From contig JAYWIR010000018.1 of assembly GCA_036172245.1 (NCBI GenBank), positions 1,178,001-1,242,000 on the forward strand: 64,000 bases of DNA, written 5' to 3'. Under the pieces are notes generated by a model. It ran no database searches and was not told the origin of the DNA. It saw nothing but the letters and a program-made list of their open reading frames with translations. The first letter of the stretch is position 1, and each line of letters starts with the position of its first letter. This DNA comes from Raillietiella orientalis. Lineage: Eukaryota. This document shows positions 11,641 through 24,920 of the stretch, in pieces. The translations under genes were made by a program, and so were the position numbers.

Positions 11641-13289
11641 GAACGCAAGATCTTTCACCGGAAACGGCCCGGAAGCATTCGCGCTGGCTAGGTAGGGGAA
11701 AAGTAGAAAAGCGGACGTCCAGGAGGGTCGCGGTGCCCCTCTCCCGGCGATCTCCCTCCTCTCTCGAAAAAGGAACTGTTGAATCGGAAGCTTCCTGGAT
11801 TGGTTTTCCACACCTTGAACGGGAGACACTCGGGAGCGAACCCGTTCCTCTGGAACCCTCCGGCAGGGAGAGGACTCCAAGGGGAGGGGGGGGGGGCAAG
11901 AAGATCACCCGATGTCTTGAGCATAAGCTTGTCCTCCGCTGACCTGATCCTCTGCATGGCCGGGTAGGCGGGGAAGGAAGCCACCCACGTGACACGAGGG
12001 ACCCTCCCTCCAGCACGCCAACTGCAGATCGCACTCGGGAGGGGGGGAGGGGGGATCTTCGAGGCAGCCTGTGGGCCAAATTCGCGGACATGCCCGTTAT
12101 GCGGACGGTCCCCTACTCCGACGCGAACTCCCTGTTCCCTGGGGATGAAGGAGAGATTTATTCAGGGCCGGAGGAACCGCAGATGCTCACAAATCACCAG
12201 GACAGGAAACCGCAGTCGTTCGGAAGATCGGGAGAAAAGAGGATCGAAGCGGCAGCCACAGAAATGCCTCTTTCTCCATCCGTCTACCCCCACGGGGATG
12301 GACAGCGGCGGAAGCGCGCCAAGCTCCCCACTCGCCGGGTTGAGGCAAGCCGGGAAATATGGGGTTCAGAAAGAGGGGGGAAGGATCCCAGGCTGCTTCC
12401 GTGATCACCAAGGGTCTGCCGTTTGCACTTCGCACGCTGCCTGGGGCTACACGAGTTGCGGGAACACCCTCTGCGCTTCTTTCGAGAGGAGCTTTGATCA
12501 TCCAGAGCCAATGTTGTACGTACGTACGCGTACAACACACGCGCGTGTTCTCGCGTTTCCTTCCGGAGAAATTCTCCGGCAGTAGTCCTGTCTCTGGGGA
12601 AACGAACCTGACCTTGACGCCTCTGATCCGGTCTGGACCCTCTGCTCGGCAGCTTCCAGGTCGTGGACCGGAAAGGATGGGCGTCGGAACCCTCTTCGGA
12701 AGCGGCATGTTCGGAGCGTGCCGCCCGTCACTTGACGAGCCTCCGCCGAAGACGGGAAGAGAGTCTCCACTGCCGAGGAGAGTCGCGCTGGTCTGCGTCC
12801 CGGAGTCCTGGCAGGTCCTGTTAAATGTTGGCCGTTAGTGGGGCCTTGTACTACGTTTTGTTATGATTTCTGGAAGAGTTTGAACAAACATCCCGGCGTA
12901 TCCGGGTGGCATCGTCGAAGACGGGGACCGCATTTGACCTCAAGAATTCAGTCTGAGATCCGGCCCGAGACCTTTTTCAAGGCGCCGCACGAGAAAATTC
13001 GTCCACCCTCGCCACGGGCGCAGGGTGGGGAGCCGGACGAGCGGGCGTTAGTCCGAGCGGAGCTTCTTAGGAGGAGCAAAGGGACGAGCGGGACGCCAGG
13101 AGCGGATCCCGCGGGAGATCCAGGCTCTCTCTGCAGTAGCGGCAGCGGTCCGTGACTCCCCGTCGGGCCGTCAAACTCGGGGAGGCAACCGACTGACACG
13201 CGCGCGCGCGGGAACGCCCTCCTCCGTTAGCGCGACCCCTTTCCTGCCAGCGGAAAGTGCGGATGAGGGGAAATTCGGTCTCCCAGTTC

Positions 13290-13640
13290 AGGATGCACTC
13301 GACAACCGTCTTCCCTGCAGAGAGAGAGCTGCTCGGACGGCGGACGTCTGCTCCAGGGTCCCGAACGCGGGTTCTCTGCACCAGGCCGGGAAGCTGGGCG
13401 CCCCTGCAGAAGAGGAGACGATGGAGAGCCGCGATAGCACTCGGACCGTGACTGATGATGATCGAAGATCATTACCGACGATGACTGCGCTCTGGTGCAG
13501 TTCTGCCTCCGTGCCCTCCTCGAGCGATGAAAGCGGGATGACTCCGAGAGCGGAACTCTGTATCAGCCGTGCATGCCGCCTCCCGTACAACGCGGCGGCC
13601 CGAACGCTGGAAGCGTCCTGGAGACCTTGGGTCACGGGTT
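13290..13640 (-). mobile_element. Degenerate non-LTR reverse transcriptase fragment (approximately domains 3-4)
   Basis: The minus frame LQDASSVRAAALYG..VIVGNDLRSSSVTV..SFPAWCREP has the spacing of DxxxAFDSV..GVxQGxPLSPxLF..EP but is heavily mutated. Confidence 0.35.
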
Positions 13641-14266
13641 TGACTTTCCCTTACTCTCGGTCATCGCCGCGTTCCTCCTTTCTGGAGGAACGAGAGCCGC
13701 AGGGCGTCGTCTGCCCGCTGTGGACCCGTCGGTTGCCTGCGAGATGGCAGCAGACTCCACCCCGCATCTCGATTTTCATCGGAATCCAGAAAGTGGTCAT
13801 GTCATCGGATGCCGGGCATCGAGACTCATTGGAGAAAATAAACCCTCCATCCCTTTCCCCATAGCAGAGCAAGGATATCGAGGGGGAGGAAGGGGGGAAG
13901 GCCACTCGGTGTCTTGGGGCATGGGTCTGCCCTCGGCCTACCTGCTCCTTGGAAGGGCCGGGTAGGCGCCGCGTGGAAGGGGCTTCGTTGGACCGAAATT
14001 CACTGGAACCACGGTGGAGGGACCGCCGTTCGGGGAGACGACGCATCCTCCACGAGTGGGCTCTGCAGAGATGACCACTTCAAGAGACGGGTGAAACTCA
14101 GAAAGATAAAAGAGAAATCGCACCTTAAAGACCCGTTTTTGAGACCCGAAACTTCTTCAGAGTCAGGCTGACTGACTTTCCGTTAGGTGGTATCCGGCTG
14201 AGTGGCTCTTGCGAAAGGTTCACTGAGTTCTTCTTTTTCCTTTTTTTTTTTTTTTCTCCATCCAGA

Positions 14267-15518
14267 GGCATCCCCCGGCCTGTGGGTCCGCCCCTGGAAT
14301 TTCCTCTCCAGAGGGACCCCTGGAACCGCTCCTTCTTTCCTCGTCTGAATAGAATCCATAAGAAATGCCCCCAAATTTCTACGAAGGGCGCTTCCCGAAG
14401 GGAGAGGGGAGCTTCTTGAAACCCTGGAAAGTCATCAACCAGCTCCGTGGTACTCGATGAGGCTCCACTTCCACAACCGGATGAGAACCTCGGAGGACTT
14501 CCTGATTCCCGGAAAGGCCCCGAAGGGTCAACTTCCGACCAGTCAGCGGGGACTCCGGCTTCCATCGGTGCCGCACCCGAATAGGCCGACCAGCGTCATC
14601 CTGCCGGGAAGGGGACTCGAAACACGCGACGCAGTTTCCGGATGCGAAGGCGATGGTCTGCGGACGCCTGGCCTTGGTGAAGCCGGCGGAAACTCCGGGA
14701 GAGGCCCTCAACGAGTCTCGGAACGAGAAAGAAGTGGGGGTGAGGGGTGAGGACGGATCGAACCCAGCTGGTCTCCCTGAGGACAGGTGGTGGCGAGGCG
14801 CCCTTCGAAAGGGAAGGCAAAGAGGAACTTCGGCCGGTTGAGCAGATGACCTGGAATTCGAAATGGTCTCGACCTGCTTCCAGACTCCGGATGGGTGAGG
14901 ATTCCGGCTGCGTGAGCGCTACCGGATATACAGGATCCCTCCCGGTGGATCAGTGTGCGCGGAGCGGAACCGGCGCTGGGGAACGATGGACCAAACATCG
15001 GGCTACCTCAGGCCGGTGCAGCGCTTGCCACCTGGCAAGGAGCGCGTCGGTCGGTTTTCATGGACGGGGAGCGAAAGCGGGGAAATGGAGTGGGGGACAG
15101 GAATCCATGGCAACCGCGGAAGTCGGAATCCTCCGAACAGACCGTCTCTGGGAACGGGTGGCTCTCGGACGCCGGGAGCCGACACCACAACAGCCGGGAG
15201 AGGACCGTTCCTGCCTTCCAGAAACGTTCGCTGCTGCTGGAGGACGGCGCAGGTCGCTCGTGCTCCCCCGGCAAGCGGTCCGGAGAAGGAGGGTCGCGAC
15301 GGTGAGAGGAGAAGGAAATTCAGACGTGAGTCTCTCCCGGAGCCTCCGCTGCTAGCGCAACGCACGACGCGGTCAGCCTTCGAGCGCGGTCCAGCCGATC
15401 CGACACGACCGCTGGTTGCCGGGAAACGCACTGCGCTTCTTGGGAAATCCCTTCCGAGTGATCTCACACAGCCAGGAAACGCTCCACGCGAAGAAGGGGT
15501 GGGTTGAATTTGAGCGCC
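14267..15518 (+). repeat. Left arm of a ~1.25 kb near-perfect inverted repeat (LINE 5' UTR/ORF1-like sequence)
   Basis: Reverse complement of 19520-20770. The ORF track gives identical translations in mirrored positions (coordinates sum to 35038). Only a 1-bp C-run indel near the outer end was seen. Confidence 0.97.
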
Positions 15519-16644
15519 GTCATCGGATGATGCGCGTGGACCAGATAATGAGACACGTTACAAGGAGATCAGACGGATGTGGTCCACGAAGAAGGGTAAT
15601 AGCTCGTGTTGAACTACCAAGAGGTCTGATGACTGCCTTGTTAGGTCGAGCAGGGAAACGGTCTACCATTGACCCTACGTGGCAAAGGAAGCAGGCACCC
15701 AGCTGAAAGCACCAACTCAAAATCGTGTCTAGAAGCAAGAAACTCTGGCAGAAGGAATCATGCCGGTGATCCCTTGGCTGCTTCCCGTCCTTAGTGACAC
15801 AGGGAGATGGATCTACCAGAGACCCAGAGTTACCTTGAATAGAACCGTGTAATGGAGGCAGGGAGGCTACTCCCGCATCCTCAGGTACATCGAGATGGTG
15901 AGGGGGAAGTTCACCCACAGGAAGCATGAAGTGTGGAAAAACCACAGTGACTATGTGTGGTCCAGGATGAACAAGAAAAACCTTTACCTTCTCATACCCT
16001 GAAGAGGATAAGAACATCCATGCCCTCCAGGAAGCTGCCAATCGCCATCGAAGTGACACCGTCAACCTGTTGCCGATTGGAACGACATTCTGGAAGAGTG
16101 ATCTGCTACCGGACACTCATGGTAACCTCCTAATGCTTTATCACGAAGGAAAACTGAATGGTTCCAGAACGAAACACTGGACGATCAACCGAATGGAAGA
16201 GGATTGCAGGAGATGTGGTGACTTGGATACGAGACACCACGTCTTGACCTGTTCCACAATGCACCAAGAATGGCAAACCCTGAAGAGGTTCATAGGGCTG
16301 CCAAACAACAAGAAGATAAAAGTCCTCGCCGGGATGTTCCAGAGAACTGCAAACGTGCCCCGATGGTCAAAACGACTATCGCCCTATTCATCACCTTATG
16401 CGATAGTGGAAGATGAGGAAAGACAGCATAGCTATATCTCTCCTGGAAATCCTGAAAGGGATTATCCAAAGTTAGATTGGCATTAGGGGCTGTGGAATAG
16501 TGCAGTCCTGGACGTACACCGTCCAGACACACCTAACGCTCAGTCCCCCCTATTGTATAGGCCCAAGTGCAGTCCCCCAAAGGAAATGAACTTAAGGAAA
16601 CAGTTGATCTGTGCCATGTCTTGAGTGAATGTAAATAAATAAAA
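15519..16644 (+). mobile_element. Degenerate LINE 3' portion (different subfamily) inside the inverted-repeat spacer
   Basis: HGNLLMLYHEGKL..EEDCRRCGDLDTRHHVLTCSTMHQEWQTL (zf-RVT-like), ending in tgtaaataaataaaa at ~16630-16644. Confidence 0.65.
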
Positions 16645-17793
16645 TTCCCACACCCCTCGTGGGAATGGGGAAAATCATAGCTTGTGGGGTGCCGACAACC
16701 GGAATTGCAGACTACCTTATGAAAAGACGCGAAAAGGAAAGCGTCCGATGAGCGAAAGATTGAGGAGGCATGCGGAGAGATGTAAGCGAGGGTGGCCGAG
16801 TCCGCGATGGATGAGGAGGGGAAGGGGAAGGAAGCTTTCTTCCCCCACTCCCTATCTCCCTTCTCGGCGATTAGGACACTTCCTGGAACGATTGTGTCCG
16901 AAAGGAAAGGGGACTCCCCGCTCCCTTTCTCCACCAGAGCTCCCGCTGCCGGCAGCCATCGTAAAGTCTCGTCTCCGTCTCGGTGATAGACCGGGATGCT
17001 CTTGACTACAGCCTCCCTCCCGAGTTCTTGGGACTCTGGGTCAGGCGGCAGCAGGGTCTCCCCAATCGCGAACGGCGGTGTCGCCCGTCACGCCGCGGAG
17101 GCTCACGCGCGGGACTCGCCATGGGCTGCGAAAGCACGTGACCGCGGCTCCATCTGCGGGTGTCTCCTAGAAACGTGACGCCGGAAGCGGATTCCATTCG
17201 GTTTTTCTGGATCGGAGGCCGATCGGACGTGTCAAAGGTTTGGATCCGTGACTCGGAAAGCAAATTAAATGCTTCGAGCTGCGGGCTTTCCGCGCAGCCG
17301 GGGTCGCTGGGCCTCGAGAGCGGCGACTGAGCTCCGTGTCTGTCTTGGCCGTCGACACCTCCAGGAAGACCAAAAAGAAGAAAAAAAGAAAAAAAACTAC
17401 CGCCTCCGCCACACACGGACGCGATCTTTGGTCAGCACTTCGGATTTCTCTCTGGAACCAGAAGGAACGACTTCTGTGCCCCCGCTGGAAAGGTAAGGTA
17501 GCCATCGAAATCACCACGCGCGGGAGTCAAAGCTGCCGATTGGCGCGCCGACAAGAACCCCCGAGACGCAGACTTCTGCTGGTCGAAATGGCCGTTAATT
17601 AGAGATTCCTCGAGATAACGCTGCGCTTTCCGTTCCGTTCCATTTTTTATTCCCCTCCTCCTCTCCCCACGTTCCTCGTGCGTGGGCAAAAAGCAGGGAG
17701 GAGAGAGAATGATGGTGGCGGTGATGTACGACGACGTCATCCGTAACAGCCGGGACGTGTGTCAGGGACACACATTCCGGTCACGCCGGAACG

Positions 17794-18770
17794 TTTCTTG
17801 TAAAAAGGACAACAAACTTACAACGGTTGTTATAGGGCACACGTGGTCCTGCCATGCCAAGACTGACAGTGGACCTGCCGGATTTCCGGTCTTCAGACTG
17901 CCGAGGTTCACCTTGGCAAAGGAGGGGAGGGAGAAAACAAAAGAAACAAAATAAAAATAAATACAAAAAAGAAACTGGAGGGCCGAAAAGAGATCACTAC
18001 CCCACTGGAAGGGGTCCTCTGCATCCTTTCCAGGATGCCGGCTAGGTCCTAGTAACGCCCAGGTGGGAGCCATTTTGCTTCTATCCGCAGAAACCGGAGC
18101 GCACACTCGATGGCGCTTCCCTTTCGTTCTCTCCTGCTTCAGGGTCACTCCAGGCCGCCGCAATCCGCAGCTCCAGCAGCAGAGAGCTGCTGGGGTTGCG
18201 GCTGACTGCAGGGCATCCCGCAGGAAGAGGAGACGTGAAACGTCCCTGGGATTGCCAACTAGGGTCCCAAAATTTTTCCAGAGAGACCGGAGGGTAGCAC
18301 AGTCCACAAGCAGGTGCGGGAGGGAGATTCCCGTTTCCCGCACCTGCGACAATCCCGGACTCATCCTCCCCAGTGTACAGTGAGGAAGTCGTAAGGAAGA
18401 CCTCAGAGCAGCGGAAAAAATGTCTCCGAGCTGGGTTCCTTCATCTTCGCCACACGTGTGCCAACTGTTTCTTGTAGGCAAGTGCCATACAGTTGGCGGG
18501 GAGAGGGACGCACCTTTCGGCAGGTCGCGGCCGGCAGTGAAAGATTGCCAGAGAGCTTCCCGCTGGGTGACCGGATGCGGTCTGGAAGCGGTGGAAGTCG
18601 TGGAGAGCCTCCCCCGACCGTGTGGGGACACAAAATGCTGCGGGAACGGAACGGCGCCACTTTTGGAACAACTCCATGCTGAACCACAACGACGGCAGTA
18701 GTCGTCCTCAATGTCAGTAGGATGCAATGAGCAGCAGTGAGACACACAAGAGGTTCCTCGCACGGGAAGA
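17794..18770 (-). mobile_element. 5'-truncated L1/Tx1-like LINE, copy B
   Basis: The minus frame reads ISLPHLLVDCATLRSLW..LFLRDALQSAATPAALCC. It carries the same T-rich 3' UTR (atttatttttattttg..cctcccctcctttgccaaggtgaacctc) as copy A. Confidence 0.8.
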
Positions 18771-19519
18771 TCTTTCCTCCTTCTAAAGTTCAAATGGATG
18801 AAGGGAACGGTGCGTTATCGTTCATCTCGATCCCTGCACTAACCCTTTCGGTCGAACGCCTTCGGCAGGCACGACGATGCCTGACGCAGAGAATCACTGG
18901 ATTGGGAGAGAGGGGACCGAAAAAATTAGCGAGGTTGCTGGCAACACTGACAATACCTTCATAGACAAATAACTATCTGATACGTTAGAAGTTAGACAAA
19001 ACAGTTCGACATGATTAATGATGGGAAAGATGGTGGTGATGAGCGGCAATGCAACGAGTAATGAGGACAGCTTCAGCGTCGCAACTGGCAATTACAGTAA
19101 TCACAGAGGTCATCAGTAATGGTAATGATTCAGCAGCAACGAGATGCTGATGACGATGGAGATAGCAGTGTAGCGAGTAGGGACCCATTCGCATCACCGC
19201 AGCAACCGAGATGATTGATGACGTTAATAACTCGAGCGCCGCACTGTGAGATTGTGGATGGAGCTCCTCTCTCCGAGTCTTCTGCGATTGGACCGACCGA
19301 AGAGGCGCCCGTCGAAGCGACGAAACCTTCCATCCGCAGGCCAACGCTATCTGGACTCCAGGAAACACAGAGCGGCCCAAGTCCCATGCTCCCCACCCAG
19401 ACCGCTTATTTTTTTGCTTGCACTCTGCGGATGCAACTCTCGCCAGGAACGAGCGACGTGTTCGGTCACTACACCGGAGGATTCGGTGTGGTGGACCAAT
19501 CGGCCGAGGTTCCTCTTCG

Positions 19520-20770
19520 GGCGCTCAAATTCAACCCACCCCTTCTTCGCGTGGAGCGTTTCCTGGCTGTGTGAGATCACTCGGAAGGGATTTCCCAAGA
19601 AGCGCAGTGCGTTTCCCGGCAACCAGCGGTCGTGTCGGATCGGCTGGACCGCGCTCGAAGGCTGACCGCGTCGTGCGTTGCGCTAGCAGCGGAGGCTCCG
19701 GGAGAGACTCACGTCTGAATTTCCTTCTCCTCTCACCGTCGCGACCCTCCTTCTCCGGACCGCTTGCCGGGGGAGCACGAGCGACCTGCGCCGTCCTCCA
19801 GCAGCAGCGAACGTTTCTGGAAGGCAGGAACGGTCCTCTCCCGGCTGTTGTGGTGTCGGCTCCCGGCGTCCGAGAGCCACCCGTTCCCAGAGACGGTCTG
19901 TTCGGAGGATTCCGACTTCCGCGGTTGCCATGGATTCCTGTCCCCCACTCCATTTCCCCGCTTTCGCTCCCCGTCCATGAAAACCGACCGACGCGCTCCT
20001 TGCCAGGTGGCAAGCGCTGCACCGGCCTGAGGTAGCCCGATGTTTGGTCCATCGTTCCCCAGCGCCGGTTCCGCTCCGCGCACACTGATCCACCGGGAGG
20101 GATCCTGTATATCCGGTAGCGCTCACGCAGCCGGAATCCTCACCCATCCGGAGTCTGGAAGCAGGTCGAGACCATTTCGAATTCCAGGTCATCTGCTCAA
20201 CCGGCCGAAGTTCCTCTTTGCCTTCCCTTTCGAAGGGCGCCTCGCCACCACCTGTCCTCAGGGAGACCAGCTGGGTTCGATCCGTCCTCACCCCTCACCC
20301 CCACTTCTTTCTCGTTCCGAGACTCGTTGAGGGCCTCTCCCGGAGTTTCCGCCGGCTTCACCAAGGCCAGGCGTCCGCAGACCATCGCCTTCGCATCCGG
20401 AAACTGCGTCGCGTGTTTCGAGTCCCCTTCCCGGCAGGATGACGCTGGTCGGCCTATTCGGGTGCGGCACCGATGGAAGCCGGAGTCCCCGCTGACTGGT
20501 CGGAAGTTGACCCTTCGGGGCCTTTCCGGGAATCAGGAAGTCCTCCGAGGTTCTCATCCGGTTGTGGAAGTGGAGCCTCATCGAGTACCACGGAGCTGGT
20601 TGATGACTTTCCAGGGTTTCAAGAAGCTCCCCTCTCCCTTCGGGAAGCGCCCTTCGTAGAAATTTGGGGGCATTTCTTATGGATTCTATTCAGACGAGGA
20701 AAGAAGGAGCGGTTCCAGGGGTCCCTCTGGAGAGGAAATTCCAGGGGCGGACCCACAGGCCGGGGATGCC
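19520..20770 (-). repeat. Right arm of the ~1.25 kb inverted repeat
   Basis: Reverse complement of 14267-15518. On this side the ORF1-like frame (..HAKKGWVEFERPKRNLGRLVHH..) continues inward past the arm boundary. Confidence 0.97.
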
Positions 20771-23700
20771 TCCAGAGGAAAAGGTGGTGCTCTTCGGTAT
20801 TCCCTAGCAAGAGTAAGAGTAACGGACTTGTTCCTCCGGAATCTTCCTGGATTCATAGGATGGTCCATCCAGGGTTGTCCCTTAACTTTCGAGCCCGCAG
20901 AGGTGGCATGGGCAGCGCTGAAGAGCTCCGTGGGCCTCCCGACAAGGAGGCGGACGATTCTTCGGCACGTGGGGAATCCCTCAAAAAGGGGAAACCTGAA
21001 AAAACAAAGCAAAAAATCTGGAGGGGAAGCTGCAGCGAAGCAGAAGATTCCGTGAAGATTTCCACAAACCTCGCGTCTGGCTCCCTCAGGCAAATTCTGT
21101 CACTCTGCCGGGACCCTGACGTTCCTGCAGGAGCCTCTCTCCGATTCCCATCTCTCGGTCTCGACTCCAGCACGGATCCCAAGTCGTCATTTTCTTGCTT
21201 TCTCTGGTCACGTCTTGAGCTACCCAAGTCAGCGAGAGTAAAAGCACCAACGACAGAAGGAAGCTACATGATGAGCAAGGGTCATCTCGGGAAGCTGGTC
21301 CTTGGGATCCAGCATCGCTTCATCCTTGAGGACTGGGGAGAGAGCTGGGTGCGCTCCTGTTTCCTCCCCTTTGGGAGGCCTTGGATGTACCTTTTTGGGT
21401 GGCTGTCGGGCAAATCCTTCCGGTGTGGGAAACTTTGGGATGAGGAGGAGAGGAGGAAACCGAGGTCCATCCCGGCTCTGTGGGGTGGAGACACTGATAT
21501 TCAGCTCGAGGGGCACGGGAAGTGCGTACGGTTTTCAGAAGGCATGTAGGTAGGCTGTTAGGGAGGAGCAGAAAGACAGCGTTCTCTTGGGTGCAGCAGC
21601 AATGCCGCCGCAGCCATGTAAGTAGTGGGCGGGAAGGTTTCTGTGACTGGATGTGTGTGGGGGGGGGAAGGCTTCTGTGTAGGCCGCCGTTCCTGAAAGC
21701 CACCTGGACGATCGGGAAGATTTTTGCAAGTCATCCCAGGATCCAGAGGCAAGAGAAGTTCGAAGAAAGCAAGGGAGGAGTCTAATGAGCCGAAAAGCAT
21801 CCCTTGCAATCGTCGTCATCATTGCTGTTGCTGCTGCTAAATGTCGATGTGAGAAATCAGGTTGCGCGACTGCTGATTGGCTGATTCAGGGCAAGAACGC
21901 CAGGTGAAAAGACATCTCCAACTACTGACATCATTTTCCTCCTTCCATTCTTCCATGGCGACGGGAAAATCGCCAGACCTTTGGCAGGCTAAGCAGTAAA
22001 CCGCCATCAATGCCGACCGGATGCTGCTGCTCCCAAGACGATGATGGAGGCACCGGCGGCGACTTTTGGGAAGTCCACCCGACTCTTGCTTTTGTGTGCG
22101 GGCCGAGTCTTTCGGGATTCGCTCTGGATGGAGGTATTTCCTGCGGTCTCCCCACTCGGGGACCAACGGACTTCCTTCGCTTCCTTCTTTTCGATCTTCT
22201 GGCCACTCCGGTAGAGCTGCGGTTGGATATGCTGGCCCTGAAGATAGTGGCCAAGCAAGTCAGCGCAGCCGCAGGACCTAGACTCCAGCACAGCAGCGTC
22301 CGACTGCCGATCTCCCGCAACCGGACGAGCAAGTTTCTCTACTGCTTTCGAGCTTCAGAGCGGTGGTCGTCACGATCTGCCCGACGTCACTTTTGCCTGC
22401 GTCATCCCCAGATCTCACGACCTTCCACGAGATTCCGCGGCCATGCTTTTCTGCGTCACGCAACGCACGACTAGGAGTGCAGAGGAAGGGAAATGGGGGT
22501 GGAGTGGAAGATGAGAGACGAAACTGATCATGATGGACGCCCTCATGGCCTCACGGCTACCGATCGGCATTCTCCTCCCCGAAGGAGCCGCTCGGCCGCA
22601 TTTGGAGACTCCGGGGAGGGGAGTAGCCGCCTCGATGAATCACCAAGCGACGCGACGCCTCTACGGGATCGCGTCGAGAAGGCGACACGCTGACGATGGG
22701 AGATCCTGGACGGCAGCCCAGGGACTCCTGAATCCGGGTCATCTCAGCAAAACGAACTCATCCCAGGGAAAAGCAAACGCGTGCTCTCGCCGTCTGACCG
22801 CCCGAAAACACGTCGGCATAGTCACATAAGGGCTCGCTAAAGAGAAGGCAGGAAATGTCGGAACATCGGGAGGAACTAGTGCGCTGGTCGCCCGCTCTCT
22901 CCTTCTAGTCGCCGGAGTCCTGAGATCTCAAGACTGGGAGATGAGAGAGCTGCAGACTGCAAGGATGCCCTCAAGATGGCTCGGCAAGGCGATGACGGTG
23001 ATTCCAGCACCTGGGGCACCAGGGTTGACACACCGGCGGAGACACCCTCCAGGTGAACCGAGCGCCGACCTGCTCGGTCGAGACGGCGAACCACCTCCGG
23101 TCCCGTGCCAAGCCGAAACTGCGCCGGGCGGAAGCAGGGCCGCGGCGCTGAGAGCGAGGCTGCGAATTTTCCGCTCCGCGGCATAGACCTCTACGCAGCG
23201 ACTCCCTCACCTCTGTGGGAATTGGCATTCTTGTGCAGAAAGGACTCCGACTTGGAGTCATCACTCCCCTCCCTCCTCACGTAGTGGTCCAGCATCTCCT
23301 CCCTCGCATCTCAGCCGGACTTTCATCCGATGCGAGGCGTCGCCAACGTCACATTTCTTTCGCGGTACCCTTCCCGCAGGGGTCGCGTCCCTGAACTGTG
23401 CCCCAATCTGTGGAATGTGGAGGCCTCCAGGAATGGTGGCGGAGGCTGGTTGGCATCATCGCTCTTGCAACAGGAGGGAGGACACAGTCCGAAATGTGCT
23501 GCGGAGGTTCTTCACGCCGGGAGAACTCTCGACGGGCGCCGAGATCGCAGCGGTGGATCGCGTCCGCGCCATTATCACGGCCCGCCACATGCTGGAGACA
23601 ACGACGCACCGAAGGGAGGTCACTGGGATGGCGGTCCACTAGGTGAGGGCAGTTTCAAGGTGGCGTTCGCTGCAAGAGGAAGACAAGGAGGCGATCGTCG

Positions 23701-24759
23701 GCATATAGCGCCGGTTTTGGAAGGAAGGGACGGAGGACACCGTTGACCCTTGTCCCTAGCTCCCCTCTATTCTATTCTATTCTATTTTTTTCACCTCATT
23801 CCCCACTCCCTTTCGCTCCGTAACTTTTCTAGATCTTGTATGTTGATCCCGATGCATGCGGAGCGGGATCAAAGACCTCTGCCCATCCCTCCTCGTGATT
23901 CCTCATTTTTTTTTTTTCGTACCCCTTCCCCTCCTTTCCATTCCGGACTTTCGGATATCCCTACCTGCGTGTTGATAGACGAACTTTCGTCTACGGTTGT
24001 AAGCCAGAGTGTTCCCAGCTGGTTTCTTTTCATCAAATGAATACCCCTGGGCGCGACCGAGTGAAAAACTTCGGCAGTGCTGTGAGCACCCGCTTGGACT
24101 AGAGGCTCCTGAATCTCTCCAAACACCCGACTCTACCTAAAGCTCGAAACGCTTTGGATCCTTCCGCGCATCTCCAGGAGATTCCTCGAGGAAAAGGAAG
24201 AGATCAGCATGGAGGAGTCATCCGTCTCGAACATTTCGGAGCTCCCGAGGAATCGCTGCTCCCTTCCGAGGTCCATCGTCACGGCGAGAGTTCTTCTGAA
24301 CCTGCCACGTGATGTCTTTTTTTGGGGTGAGTGGGGTGACATTGCTTGCATCCCCGGCAGATGGAACGAAGAAGACAAAGGACTCTCCAGTCAGCAAGGA
24401 TGGAATTTCACACCTTAAGAGAAGTGCTTCCGTAGCTGAGGCACTGGGAGTGGGTTGGGTGGGTGGGAGGAAGACAAAGGATTCAACATCTAGAAGAACC
24501 GGCTCCCTTCGGAGAAACAAAAATGGAGCAGTCCCCTCCGGGGTTTTGTCCGGAGAGAATGAGGAAGTAGGTTCCCTTCTGGGTTACCTTTGGAGACAAC
24601 CAGGGTGGAGGATTCCCTTTGTGGATCCCTCCCAGTCGTAAAGGTCACATTCTTGGTCATGTTCTTGGGCGCCGTCTGTTGTGAGAACCTCCGACTCCCA
24701 CTCGGTCACTGCTGGAAACGAACCTTGAAACTTCTGCCTCCCCCCCTTCCGATGCAGGT

Positions 24760-24920
24760 GGCTCATCCTATCTGGAGGGGACAATCAGATGACCTGCGTG
24801 CTTCAGCGCGCGTCGCTCCTGGGTGCTCGCGATGCACGCGAAGTACGTTCTGCAGATCGCCTGGGAAGACCACTTTTTGCAGACGACGCAGAACCGCAGC
24901 AAGTGGACTCCCCTCGCACA
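24760..24920 (+). mobile_element. Degenerate RT fragment retaining an FADD-type motif
   Basis: VLQRASLLG..LGRPLFADDAE. The motif is weak, but it lies within continuous LINE debris. Confidence 0.35.

Noticed and set aside
17269..17295. MLRAAGFP matches the WLRAAGFP motif of the DLC/STARD13 SAM domain
   Set aside because: It is on the wrong strand and 19 kb downstream of the RhoGAP gene, with no similarity either side and no splice sites; treated as coincidence.
14267..20770. Autonomous Polinton/Maverick or DNA transposon
   Set aside because: No polymerase B, integrase, capsid or transposase motif in the spacer, and the arms resemble LINE 5' sequence.
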